NCBI GenBank assembly: GCA_002269645.1
Contig: NIVC01000361.1
Span: 124,001-188,000 of the forward strand
DNA: 64,000 bases
Direction of reading: 5' to 3'
From: Macrostomum lignano
Lineage: Eukaryota
Shown here: piece by piece, positions 1 through 11,956 of the stretch
Position numbering within the stretch: position 1 is the first letter of the stretch
Layout of the letters: each line of letters begins with the position of its first letter
Position numbers and translations under genes: made by a program
The notes under the pieces: generated by a model
The model's input: only the letters and a program-made list of their open reading frames with translations
The model's database searches: none
Told to the model about the DNA's origin: nothing

Positions 1-1117
1 TAATGAGGTTTAACCTTGCAAAAATAGGCAAAACAGGGCCTAAAATTTTTTTATTTACTTTTTGATTAGACCTTTGGGTGACATTTAGGTTATGTCAAAA
101 TAGTCAATTTATTAGATGTTGGAAAGTGGGGTCAGAAAAATTAGATCTTAGCTACAGCAAAATAGACTGCTACAATTGAGGCCTAATAATAACTAGGCCT
201 AAAAAAGCTAAAAAATTAGTGGAGTAGGTCAGATCAGACTAGAACGGTATAAGTAGTTTTTGATTCGCAAAATTTACCTTTCAAGTTCTAGAATTCGGAC
301 CGCTTCTCGGCCAAAAATCTTTGGCTAGAGGAATTGACAAATCAATATTAGACAAATTCTGGATAATGAAATTAAGTTTCGCAGCGCAGAACTTTCTAGA
401 ACAATCTAATCAACGCAGTGCTTATCAATAATTTTTGGTCAATCCAGTGTAAGCTTCAAGGTTAAAACAAAAAATAACCAAAACATTTTAAATTCGAATA
501 GGTTTAATAAACTTATGCAGTCCATTTTTATAACTGTAAGTTTTAAAATGCAAAATGCTTGCGTACATGAAATTTTTTGTGGTTAAAAACGAGGTATATT
601 AGTCCACGGACAATGGGTGCGTTCGCCCACACTATCAGCTACAATATTCAGTGGTCCTTGGTTCAATTAACATGTATATCATCTATGTGTGTGCTATTAT
701 TAAGCATAAAACTGTACTGTATTGTATTACAATTTTTTTAAAACTAAAGCTTTTTTCATTGCTTAATTTTGTTGTGAAACTCGGTCCAGTTTTCGTGAAA
801 TTTGTGAAATTCAGTCCATTTTTCATTTTCTGTAGTTACATGTACATGAATACGTAGGTGGCTTAGTAGAAAAAAAATTGTGCACGATAAATTTTCACGA
901 AAATTTTTGGATTCGACAATCGATAGTAAATCCTAGTTAAAAATAATCCAACGGCAATTTGTATACTATGCTTTAAGTATATGGCTTCTAAAAGTTCTAG
1001 TATTAACTTCTATATAGTGGTCCTTGTGCTTAAATATAGTACATGTACATGAAATTGTTCCTAAATTTTTGTAGTGTCTAGAAGAACGTGGTTACTGCAC
1101 ATGCAGTATTATATCCT

Positions 1118-1330
1118 TGAAGCGGCTTGCGAGTGGAAGCTTGAAAAGCAGCAAGCGAGCAAAAGTTCTTGTGTATATTTGTTTAAGCATAGTCTTTATA
1201 CTTGAGAGAATAGGGAGGTGTGAGTCAGAGCGAACTGGCTGGCTGGGCAAAACTCCCCAGCAGCCAGGCGTGCAGGGGCCTGTGCACAGGCGGGCCCCGC
1301 TCTCAACCGTGCACCAGTCTGGTCGCCACA
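1118..1330 (-). repeat. 3' LTR of the Gypsy element (213 bp)
   Basis: Reads identical to 5236-5448; TG...CA termini. Confidence 0.95.
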
Positions 1331-1345
1331 GAGCTCCCCCCCAGC
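1331..1345 (-). promoter_or_regulatory. Polypurine tract (PPT)
   Basis: Minus strand GCTGGGGGGGAGCTC lies immediately before the 3' LTR. Confidence 0.8.
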
Positions 1346-1351
1346 ACCGAG

Positions 1352-4300
1352 CTATTCGGCCAAGGCCGCCGGGCTCGGACGGCACCGGCGGGGTGGCCGT
1401 TGGCGGCTGGGGAAAGCAGCAGTGCGTTGGGCCGCCGGCGGAATGTCGCCAGCTGAAGAGGCGGGGTCGGCGGCAGAGTGCGCTGGGGGCGGCTCAGCGG
1501 GCAGCCGCGGCGGGCGGCCTCTTGGTCGCAGGGCCGGCGTCGGGAATGGGTCGACCGCGTCGATGACGGCTGGCTTCAGTCTGTCCACTGACACTCGGTC
1601 GCGTCGAGTGCCCAGATCCAGCAGGAAAGCTTTGGCGTCCCGCTCGAGGACCTTGAACGGGCCGTCGTAAGGTCGCTGCAGCGGAGGGCGGTGGCCGTCG
1701 CGCCGGACGAAAACGAACTGGCAGGAGTCGAGGGCGGCCGGCCAAGCTGTGGGGCGGCTGCCGTGACGGGACGTCGGCGTCGGCCGGAATGCCTGGACGG
1801 CGCTGCGGAGCCAGGCGAGGAACTGGTCGTGGTCGCCGGCCGGCGGGCTGGGCTGCAGGCACTCGCCAGGCACGCAGAGGGGCGCTCCGTAGACCAGCTC
1901 GGCCGACGATGCCGGCAGGTCCTCCTTGGGGGCCGTCTGGATGCCGAGCAGCACCCAGGGTAGCTCGCTGACCCAGGCTGGTCCGGCCAGTCGCGTCATG
2001 AGGGAGGACTTCAGCTGCCGGTGGAAACGCTCGACCAGCCCGTTCGCCTGCGGATGGAAAGCCGTTGTCCGGTGGAGCTGCATTCCGAGGAGCCGTGAGA
2101 CGTTGGACCACAGCAGCGACGTGAACTGCGAGCCGCGGTCCGAGGTGATGTCGCTTGGCACTCCAAACCTGGCGATCCAGTGGGCGATGAAGGCGGAGGC
2201 GCACGCGGCCGCGGAGGTGTCGGTCATCGGGATCGCCTCCGGCCACCGGGTGAAACGGTCCACGATGGTCAGCAGGTGCGTGAAGCCTTGCGAAGGCGGC
2301 AGCGGCCCCACCAGGTCGACGTGCACGTGGGCGAAGCGCTGGTCCGGGACGCGGATATTGCCAACCGGGGCGGCGACGTGCCGGTGCACCTTGGCCGTCT
2401 GGCAGGCGACACAGGACCGGGCCCACCGGCTAACGTCCTTGTTCATGCCGGCCCACACGAATTTGGCGGCCACGAGGCGCCGCGTGCTGCGGACGGACGG
2501 GTGGGCGAGGCCGTGGATGGCGTCGAAGACGGGGCGTCTGAAATTCGGCGGCACCAACGGGCGCGGCCGGCCTGTGGAGATGTCGCAGAGCAGGGCGACA
2601 CCGGGGCTGAGCTGCAGCGGCTCAAGTTGGAGGCTGGCGTCCGCCTGACTGGCCGTATCGGCCGCCTGCGCCTGGGCCATGGAAGCGAAATCCACGCCGG
2701 GGAGCAGCCGGGGCTGCACGGAAGAGATCGTGCAGCGGGACAGCGCGTCTGCGACCGAGTTGTCCTTGCCCGCCACGTGCTGGATGTTTGTGGTGAACTC
2801 GGACACGTAGGCCAGGTGGCGCTGCTGTCGGGCGGACCACGGATCGGACATCTTGGACATGGCGGCGACCAGCGGCTTGTGGTCCGTGAAAGCGGTGAAC
2901 GCGCGGCCCTCTAGGAAATAGCGAAAGTGCCGGACCGCCAGGTACAGGGCGAGCAGCTCGCGGTCGAACGCGCTGTACTTCTGCTCGGGCGGGCGCAGCT
3001 GCCGGCTGAAGAAGGCGAGCGGCTGCCAGGCGCTGCCAACCCGCTGCTCGAGCGCTGCCCCGACCGCGGTATCGGAGGCGTCGACGGTGAGGGCGATGGG
3101 CGCGTCTGGCCGCGGGTGCGCCAGCATGGCGGCGGAGGCCAGCGCCCGCTTCGCTCCATCGAAAGCGGCGGTCAGCTCGGGCGTCCACCGGACGAACTTC
3201 TCCTTGCCGGCCATGGCCGCATGGATGGGGCGCAGCAGCTGGGCGGCGCGCGGCACGAAGCGGTGGTAGAAATTCACCATGCCGGCGAACTCCTGCAGGC
3301 CCTTGACGGTGGCTGGCGGTGCGAATCTGGCGATGGCGTCGACTTTGGCGGGCAGCGGCACGGCTCCCTGGGCGCTGATCCGGTGGCCGAGGAAGTCGAT
3401 CTCGCTGCGGCCGAAATCGCACTTGGCCGGGTTGACGATAAGGCCGTTGTCCATCAGGCGCTGAAAAAGCGTCCGCAGGTGCTCCAGGTGCTCTTGTGGG
3501 CTGTGGCTAGCGACCAGGAAGTCGTCGATGTAGGCGAAGACAAAGTCCAGGTCTTGGCAGACGGAGTCCACCAACCGCTGGAAGGCCTGGGCGGCGTTCT
3601 TGAGACCGAATGGCATTCGCAGGAACTCGAAGAGGCCGAACGGGGTGGTGACGGCGGTCTTGGGCACGTCGGCTGCGGCCACGGGCACCTGGTGGTAGCC
3701 ACGAACCAGGTCGATCTTGGAGAAAACCGAGCAGCCGGCTAGGCGCACTGAGAAATCCTGGATGTGCGGCACCGGGTAGCGGTCGGGCACCGTGGCGTCG
3801 TTTAGCCGCCTGAAATCGCCGCAGGGCCGCCAGCCACCGGAGGCTTTTGGGACCATATGCAACGGCGAGGACCAAGGGCTGTTGGACCGGCGAACGATGC
3901 CGAGTTGCTCCAGGAGCCGGAACTCCTCCTTGGCCACCGCCAGCTTGTCCGGCGGCAGGCGGCGAGGGCGGGCATGGACCGGCGGGCCCTGCGTCGGGAT
4001 GTGGAGCTCCACCCCGTGTCGTGGCTCAGCCCGCTGGAATCTGGGCTCGGTGAGGGCGGGGAACTCGGCCAACAGCTGGCTGTACGGGTCCGCAGCGGCG
4101 GCTGCGGCGAGTTGCAGTCCGGGCCCCGCGCCGTCCAGCAGGTGCACGCTGGCGAGCGAGCGGGCGTCCAGGAGGCGCCGGTGCGGCAGGTCCACCAGCA
4201 GGCCGTGGTGACGCAGAAAGTCGGCGCCGATCAGCGGGCGGGAGACCTCGGCCAGAAGGAACGGCCAGGAGCAGCGCCGGATGCCGAGGTCCAACGTGAG

Positions 4301-4522
4301 CTGGCGGGTGCCGAAGGTTCAGATGAGGCTGCCGTTGGCTGCGAAAAGCGGCGGGCCTGGCGAGTGCAGGCGGGCGTCGGAACCGGCGACGGGGAAAATG
4401 CTGACCTCGGCGCCGGTGTCGACCAGGAAACGCCGGCCCGTCTGCACATCCGGGATGAGGAGCAGGCTGCTGGTGTTGCCGGCCGTCGAGCTGTTCACTG
4501 ACGGCCGGCCTGCCCGTTTCCC
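1352..4522 (-). CDS. pol: Gypsy Pol (aspartic protease, RT, RNase H, integrase with GPY/F), expressed by -1 frameshift; one in-frame TGA at 4319-4321
   Basis: Motifs [10 protein letters not shown] (protease), AYIDDFLV (RT), LTVDASD (RNase H), HGLAH...CVAC (zinc finger), [25 protein letters not shown] (DDE) and PYDGPF. ORFs 4319-4534 and 1352-4294 are in the same frame, separated only by the stop in ANGSLI*TFGTRQ. Confidence 0.93.
4478..4522 (-). promoter_or_regulatory. Programmed -1 ribosomal frameshift signal (G GGA AAC plus hairpin)
   Basis: Heptamer GGGAAAC at 4522-4516 is in the gag frame (CAG GGA AAC). A 6-nt spacer follows, then a 10-bp stem GCCGGCCGTC/GACGGCCGGC with a 12-nt loop. The -1 frame opens into the protease. 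Confidence 0.85.
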
Positions 4523-5205
4523 TGGAAGCTGCACGGGAGTTCACAGCGGCGGGCTTTCGCACCGAAACGACGGTGAAAGAAACACAGGCCGTCGTCCGGG
4601 CGGTGCTGCTGGGGCCGTCTCTGTCTGGCGCCCTTGCTGGCCGCAAAGACTGCCGGCTGGACTTGCTGGGCTGGGTCTGCCGCCGGCTGCTGGACGGAGG
4701 CCGCCACCAGCTGCGGCCGCGTGGCCCAGAGCTTGTCTGCCTCCTGCGCTGCTGCCCGGGGGTCCGCGAAACTGACGGTTGTCATGGCCATACGTACTTC
4801 CGGTGGCAGCTGCTGGCGGAACAGCTCCTCGAACAGCAGGCAGGGGCGGTGGTTCCCCAGCAGGGCGAGCATCTCGTCCATCAGCTCGGAAGGCCGCCGG
4901 TCGCCGAGGCCGGACATGCTGAGCAGGCGACTGGCCCGCTGCTGAGGAGTCAAATCGAAAGTGCTGTTGAGGTGCTCCTTTAGCTGAGCGTACTTGTTCG
5001 CCTCCGGAGGAGCCTCAAGCACATCGAGCAGGCGCTCTGCTGTCTGCTGGTCAAGAGCTGCGACCAGATGGGCGTACTTGGTCTCGTCCTGAGTGATGCC
5101 TCTCAGGGTAAACTGAGCTTCGGCCTGGATGAACCAGGCTCGAGGCTGGGCCGCCCAAAACGTGGGCAGCTTCAGGGACACAGCAGAGTCGGTTTGTTGG
5201 GCCAT
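4495..5205 (-). CDS. gag: Gypsy Gag (236 aa, CHCC zinc knuckle)
   Basis: ATG at 5205, just after the PBS. MAQQTDSAVSLKLPTFWAAQPRAWFIQAEAQF is a typical CsRn1-type gag start, and a CHCC motif lies near the C-terminus. Confidence 0.9.
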   Translation of the reverse strand: MAQQTDSAVSLKLPTFWAAQPRAWFIQAEAQFTLRGITQDETKYAHLVAALDQQTAERLLDVLEAPPEANKYAQLKEHLNSTFDLTPQQRASRLLSMSGLGDRRPSELMDEMLALLGNHRPCLLFEELFRQQLPPEVRMAMTTVSFADPRAAAQEADKLWATRPQLVAASVQQPAADPAQQVQPAVFAASKGARQRRPQQHRPDDGLCFFHRRFGAKARRCELPCSFQGNGQAGRQ

Positions 5206-5220
5206 TGCACGAAATGGCTG

Positions 5221-5234
5221 CGTAGGGCTCACCA
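5221..5234 (-). promoter_or_regulatory. Primer binding site (tRNA-Trp-like, imperfect)
   Basis: TGGTGAGCCCTACG starts 1 nt after the 5' LTR and resembles the tRNA-Trp-type PBS TGGTGACCCCGACG. Confidence 0.75.
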
Positions 5235-5235
5235 A

Positions 5236-5448
5236 TGAAGCGGCTTGCGAGTGGAAGCTTGAAAAGCAGCAAGCGAGCAAAAGTTCTTGTGTATATTTGT
5301 TTAAGCATAGTCTTTATACTTGAGAGAATAGGGAGGTGTGAGTCAGAGCGAACTGGCTGGCTGGGCAAAACTCCCCAGCAGCCAGGCGTGCAGGGGCCTG
5401 TGCACAGGCGGGCCCCGCTCTCAACCGTGCACCAGTCTGGTCGCCACA
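5236..5448 (-). repeat. 5' LTR of the Gypsy element (213 bp)
   Basis: Direct repeat of 1118-1330. Confidence 0.95.
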
Positions 5449-5520
5449 TCCTATATGCTCTTCTAAAAACCGTAAATAATGAATATACATTTAGTAAAGC
5501 CGAATTTCTAATTCTAAATA

Positions 5521-5681
5521 TACTAAATCTCTAAGGTTTGTTTGTATGCTTGAATGTCCATAACGCTCTAGAGAGAGCAATTCTTGACCAATCAAAATAC
5601 TAAATATAGTAGACGTGACTAAGAGCGTTATGGACAAGCATTCATTCAAACAATACAAACAATATTAGAGATTAATTAGTA
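5521..5681. repeat. Imperfect inverted repeat (MITE-like foldback)
   Basis: TGTCCATAACGCTCT (5555-5569) pairs with AGAGCGTTATGGACA (5622-5636); outer arms TACTAAATCTCTAA and TTAGAGATTAATTAGTA pair imperfectly. Confidence 0.5.
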
Positions 5682-8600
5682 TGTTTGGATGCGTTTCGGC
5701 CTTTTCGGCTCCTTTGTGGAAGCCTTCGGGCCTCAGGTCTCAGAAATGAATCCATTAGAGTCCTGGCCCCCCACTCCTGTCAGATGGTCAGCCCCATGGT
5801 AGCTTGATCTGTGGCGAGCAGTCTAGGTCCTATAGCTAAGAGAGGGACAGCGAGAGACAAGCAGGTAGAATTTTGAAGGTAGAGATTAGCCAATCCGCAG
5901 ATCAACTAACGCGCTGCCACCAGCCCGTGCGTTCAGGCCAAACTGGAACTTTCGAAATCGGGCTTCCGACTAGTGTCTTTTTGCTGTCAATCTCGAAGTC
6001 ATAGCCGATGATAAGGGACACTGCTGGGACTTGATCGCATTGGCCATGCAGGTACAGAGGGGACTTGTGCAGGGGATTCTTGCAGTGGCGAGACTATGGG
6101 GTAGCTACATGTACTTTTACATTGCTAAATACGAGAAATGTACTTTTGGCCTTCAACGCGCCAACTAGCCTCTCCTAGCGCTGATGATAGGCTAACTCGA
6201 ACGAATTACCCGAGCCGCTTGGCTAACTTAGAGTGCACAGAGTACATCTCTAGCGCCGATTTTGCACTATTGGCAATTTTGCTAACTGATTTGATAGATT
6301 GATCGACTGAGAACTGCCTTGCCATTGGTCCACTGTGACCGGCGCCTACTAGCTTAGCTACTCATCTGAGCCATCGGCGAACAAAGAAATAAAACCGATA
6401 AAAATAACTGTCAGATTTAACCTTCTCACTAAATCCCTTCACACTTCAGATTGGATTGGAGTATCAGACTACTATTAGTATTATTATTAAGTGATTTCTG
6501 CTTCAATAACAGCACCGCTGAACAAAATGAGCAAAAGTGTGTGCCTAATCCAGCTACTGAAACAGGGGACAGATAAGGGATCACCCAATCAAGCAAGTCT
6601 AGGTAGCCTCTCACCCAACCAATCAGAAACTCAACAGCCGGAGACCAGGTAATCCACAGTGACCGAATCGGCTTAGTGCTTCGCAGCTGTAGACTCGGGA
6701 TGATGCTGATGTCACAATCTTCGCAGATAGCTAGCAGGTGATGATCTTAACCTTGATGTTCGCTGCTGACGACCGGGGGAATTCGTCCTTGATGGTGACG
6801 GGGGAAGTCGCGATCCGGGGATCAAGAGACGACGGTCGAGCTCCGGGAGGTCAAAGTTAGGCCAAGGTCCCATGAGGTTTAAGTCCGAGCGGCCCAAAAA
6901 CATCAGTGGACCGCAATTTGTTTTAATGGAACACCTCGACGCTGATTGGCTGAGCCGATTTGTTATAACGCACGTCGAATTTTCTGATTGGCTGAGCTTG
7001 TTGCCACCCAAACTCATGTGACCAAGAGATCCTATCAGTTCCCTCGGGGCCATAAAAATACGATAGGTGCGGTCATAAATCACTCAAAATCGCTACATAA
7101 TGATTTATGACCTTTCGCGTAGAAATGAATAAAAATGAATGAAAAAATGTACATTAGAAAGCTCTTATTAAGTAGAAAGTGAAGATAATGAAGAGAAATC
7201 GCTAATCGCTAATCCCAACGTACTTTTAGGGGTAAAACGCATAGCTGACGAAGCTTTCACACGCTTGAGTAAACAAGAACAATAGGCCCTGACCTCATAA
7301 ATCTGATGGCTGCCAAAATGATGAAAAAAAAGCTACAGCCCGCATCCTCTCAGGCCATCTGGCGCCAGCCTCAGCATTGAGTGAGGCGCAGGTGGCTGTC
7401 AGACCAGCTCAAAAGCAATGATTTGACCTCAAAAGCAAAAAAAAACCGCGCCTATGTTGTTATAACTACAAGTATGGCCAGATTCATATAGCTACAAAAT
7501 TCCCCTACTAGTATGAATTCTAGTAAAATTACAAAAAAGGGAGAAAAACGCCCATAGCCTGCTGTTAGTAGGCTAGCAAGTTTGGAGCCCATGTGCGAGC
7601 GTGAAATTTGGCTAAAAGTGCGTCCTCATCAGATGCATGTGCTAATTATAAAATTTATAATGACTCGTGAGATCGTCCCAGCGCTTGAATTTTACAAAAG
7701 TAGGCGTACAAATAATGTAATGTACTCCACGCATGATGCCACTGCACTGTTACACAAAATGTCAGTTTTGTGACGTCCCAATTACAATTTTAGTAGATAG
7801 GATTATTTGAAATTTTTTTTAACGACACGACTGGCCAATGCAATTTACGTTGATCGAGCGCTTATGCGCCAACGCACGCATTGTGACACGAGCGGCCTAG
7901 CAATTCGTGTTTCAGAACTTCGCAGCCGCGAGCTTAGAACGCTTTTATAGATTAAAATGGTTGATAATAATAAACATACATGTAAAACTGTGTATTACAA
8001 AATCTTGTTGATATCCGCATCAGCCGACTGGAAGGCGTCAATCTCTCTGGGTGACAATTCTGGCGGTACAGGGGGACACGCATGCGATTTCTTTTCCTCA
8101 GAAAACATTTTCTGCAATCGCCATGCAGCCAAGCGTTAGAATTAAGACCCCCCCCTTTTAGAATGCTGCAATCAATATGGATTATTTGTGCATGCGTACG
8201 GATGCCGAAAGCGCACCTTGCATGGTTGTTTTGCCACCCAGGTGTGCGAGAAATCGGTCCTCTAGCCCGCCTGCATCCCCACAACTGCGTTGCGCTTCCA
8301 TATAATTTCCAAGTCCTGCCGTCGTGAATCGTGAAATTACATTCTTCCCCTCGTTAGATTCGTCATACAGGTATACTGCAAATGCATTGGGAAATATGGG
8401 AAAATGGGATTATGGCGGCTGCTGCATGGCTTGTTGATTCGGCTTTGCTCTGCATGCCAGATTTTTTGTGATTTGCCCGACCAATTTTTTTGTAAACCTC
8501 TGTATGCAGCAAAGGTTTAGCGTACAAAAATAAATATTAGATAGAGAAATCTCCAAGTTGGAGACAATGACCCATCATTATTCAAAGGTGCTTTTGCCCT

Positions 8601-8776
8601 TACATGTAATTTAAATAGTTACTCTCATCAACTATAGATATGTACTACTTGTCAACTATAGATATGCAATTCAATGGCTAAGCATATTCAAGTTAAGCAG
8701 AATTGGCTGTGGATAGTACACAGCTGAGAGCACACTACCCTGGTTGGATGCGCCGCGCAATTGTAGCCGTTGACTT

Positions 8777-9080
8777 TCACACCTAGCTGTCACACCTGGC
8801 TGTCACACCTGGCTGTCACACCTGGCTGTCACACCTGGCTGTCACACCTGGCTGTCACACCTGGCTGTCACACCTGGCTGTCACACCTGGCTGTCACACT
8901 TAACTGTCACACCTGGCTGTCACACATGGCTGTCACACCTGGCTGTCACACATGGCTGTCACACCTGGCTGTCACACTTAACTGTCACACCTGGCTGTCA
9001 CACCTGGCTGTCGCACCTGGCTGTCACACCTGGCTGTTACACTTAACTCTCACACCTGGCTGTCCCACCTGGCTGTCACA
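8777..9080. repeat. 13-bp minisatellite (CACACCTGGCTGT)n
   Basis: About 23 tandem copies with occasional variants. Confidence 0.95.
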
Positions 9081-9394
9081 TGTGGCCACCTTTCAGCAGG
9101 TTATTTCTAAAATTGTAGAGCTAAATTCATGAACCCATTGTGATCGAAAGGAATCCGGTATCAAAAGATGAACGATTCCCAGTTCTCCGGCCTTACACTG
9201 AGACATCGTCTACGACCGTACAGCTGGTGCTCTTTCAGTTTGGATAGCTGTGCACCTGTATACAACTGTGTAGTTCGTAGGGGGGGGTTGGCATGAATGG
9301 AGAGAGGAGAGAAGGAGTGAAGGATAGGAAGAGAAGGGAGAGGAGTGGAGAGGAGAGAAGGAAGAGGAGAGAGAAAAGAGAAGAGAGAAGAGAT

Positions 9395-9505
9395 TAGAGA
9401 GAAGGGAGCTGAGAAGAGACACAAACCTTGAGCGGTCCGTAGGGACAAGAGGGCCGGATAGAAAGGCTTTGCGAGCTGCATGTGGGGTTTGCCGACCCCT
9501 GCCGT
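9395..9505. repeat. Dispersed repeat fragment, copy A
   Basis: GAGCTGAGAAGAGACACAAACCTTGAGCGG...AGGCTTTGCG...GCATGTGG...GCCGACCCC matches 15688-15825. Confidence 0.6.
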
Positions 9506-11570
9506 ATATAAATATCAAAATTATTACTCAAACAAAATGGCGCCCTCAAAGAGAGCTACGCTTCTGATGCCAAGGCTTCGTGGTTCCTTTGCTCGTTACT
9601 GAAGAAGCAATTATACTGCTCAACTTCTGTAAAGGACACAAGCGTAAATACTGTTTTATATCCGACTTGTGCTCTTAGTCCTTTAATCCATAACTAACCA
9701 CAGCCACAATTTTTAGAGCAAAATAAGCCAGAGAGGTGATAAGTATAGCCAGCTTCGCCCACGCATAGCCATCTACAGAGGCGAAAGAATAGCAGCTTAT
9801 TTGCTCTTGTCATCAGCTCGCGGTGTGTATAGGGACTATTTGCCTTTCATAATTGGAATAATGCCAGAAACTTTGACTGGGAGAAACGGTGGCGCATGCT
9901 GCAGACGTGTCAGGATGGATCGCATGGCAGCTGAGTGGGGAGAAAAATCCGCACCGAAATCCGCACCGAAAAAATCCGTGACATTCGCATTGGGAGGCCT
10001 ATACAGCCTCCTCCCTTTACAAACTCAACTTCGATTCGTAAACCCCAACATTCCGTCCACCTACGAGCTAACTCGTAAAATGTCTCGCTTTAAAAGCAGC
10101 ACTGACCATTGCTATGGCACGCAACCCCGTGTTCTATCAGCTCTATGTAAGCAATTCATCCATTCAGACTCTTAAATTAAGGCAGCGGACGCACTCGTGT
10201 CTTCAGTTTTTGTTATCGTCGATTTTCACTCGCAGCCTTCTCCGCGATATTTTTCCTATTGAGTTTGCGAACTTCCTTTCGTCTGCATGGGCTGGTGCCG
10301 ACTATGGAATCTGGGACACAGACATCTGGCACTGGGAGAGGTCTCGATGGGAATAATAATCATAGGCACGCGAAGCTATACAATTTTTTTACTACCAGCC
10401 GTAAACATTTGCCTGGGAATAATTTATTCATATTTCTGTATTAATGCCAGTCGCTAAACTCCGATGGAATTCATCGATCCACCAATAAGCAAACAGGCTG
10501 CCTACGAGATGCAAGACTTATGGCCGATGTTGCAGCAGGCGAAGTACACCCTTACTCGTACAGCATGGGGACTAATTGAGCAAGCTGTCACCAGCAGACA
10601 GAGCTGCCCTGCCGGCCAAGTGATTGCCTGCCCTGCCCAGAGCGTGTTCGCCAAGAAAATACTCATACTGCACTGCAGCAACCGTTGCAGGCCTCCCGGA
10701 AGCAAAAAGCATCAGGTTGATTTGCTCTACATCATCCCCCCCACTTCTCCACTGAGCACTTGGTCTATAGGCATGTAAAACCGGCAAAGGAGCAAACTCG
10801 CGCTTTCGAAAACTCCTTCGCTTTCCAATTCGCTAGAATTATTTAGCAACCCAGCCAAGTCAGCTCTGAATAGTTCCAAGAGGGCTATGTTCGCAAGGAC
10901 CTGTTCCACTGCAAACATTCAGAGCCAGATTAATCCTAAGCCTGCTTATTACCTTTGCTAAACTCCGTCTTTCGCAGTTAGCGCGCGACTCGATGAGAGG
11001 CAGTTGGACACGAAAATAATTCAGCAATTGGTCGATTGGGAAAAATTTTTGGGCGACTTACTGACGGAAACTCCAACCTGCATTCTTTGACAGGCCGACG
11101 GGCATGAAAGGGACATTGTGGTTTCGCCAACAAAAGCAAACGGAGCATTCATACAAGCTGAATGGCCTATTTATGGTGGGCAATACACTGACAGAGCAAT
11201 GCGATTCATAGAATCCATTAGCTACAGGAGCTGGCACCTGGATCGGGACAGATGGAGGCTCATTTCGTTGAAATAAAATGGAAGAACTTTTACACATAGA
11301 TGTGTAATGCATATTCAGCACCCGGCTCTGCCCAGTCTTAGGTTTGAAACCTCTGTCTGCTGTCTGTACTCGTAGCTGAGGCTTCTTACAAGCCCGGCTT
11401 CGTAGCACTGCCGATTGATGTCAGATTTTTGTGGCTATATTGCACACAGCTCTATGCTGCCTGAGTATTTTAATGGAGCTTAGGTCTCTATAAATTCAAG
11501 GGCTTCAGACGAAATGAGGAGTTGAGTGACTGAGCGCTATAGCTGTTAAATAGTTTATCGAATATTTGTC

Positions 11571-11956
<386 letters not shown>

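Larger units (their letters stand above)
1118..5448 (-). mobile_element. Full-length Ty3/Gypsy LTR retrotransposon, CsRn1/Kabuki/Boudicca-like clade
   Basis: Two 213-bp direct repeats (1118-1330, 5236-5448) with TG...CA ends, and TCCT duplicated on both flanks (1114-1117, 5449-5452). PBS TGGTGAGCCCTACG follows the 5' LTR and a polypurine tract precedes the 3' LTR. Order is gag, protease, RT, RNase H, integrase. Gag carries C-x2-H-x9-C-x3-C (CFFHRRFGAKARRCELPC), the CHCC motif of the CsRn1 clade. Confidence 0.96.

Noticed and set aside
1092-5534. Many alternative-frame and antisense ORFs over the Gypsy element (e.g. 1494-2426, 1926-2648, 2927-3742)
   Set aside because: By-products of very high GC content overlapping the real gag and pol frames; no independent motifs.
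5690-7100. LTR-like region with several CCAAT words and ORF 6712-7083
   Set aside because: Resembles the 48-50 kb insert in style, but no matching termini, TSD or protein motif could be found.
7240-7275. CTGACGA-AGC...GCT hammerhead-like start (similar cases at about 9599 and 18949)
   Set aside because: No correctly placed GAAA and no stem I/III pairing.
8770-9132. Repetitive ORF (TPGCHTWLSHLAV)n
   Set aside because: Translation of the 13-bp minisatellite.
10114-11408. Cluster of 60-116-aa ORFs on both strands
   Set aside because: No recognisable motif and no consistent splice chain; possibly a decayed gene or element but unsupported.
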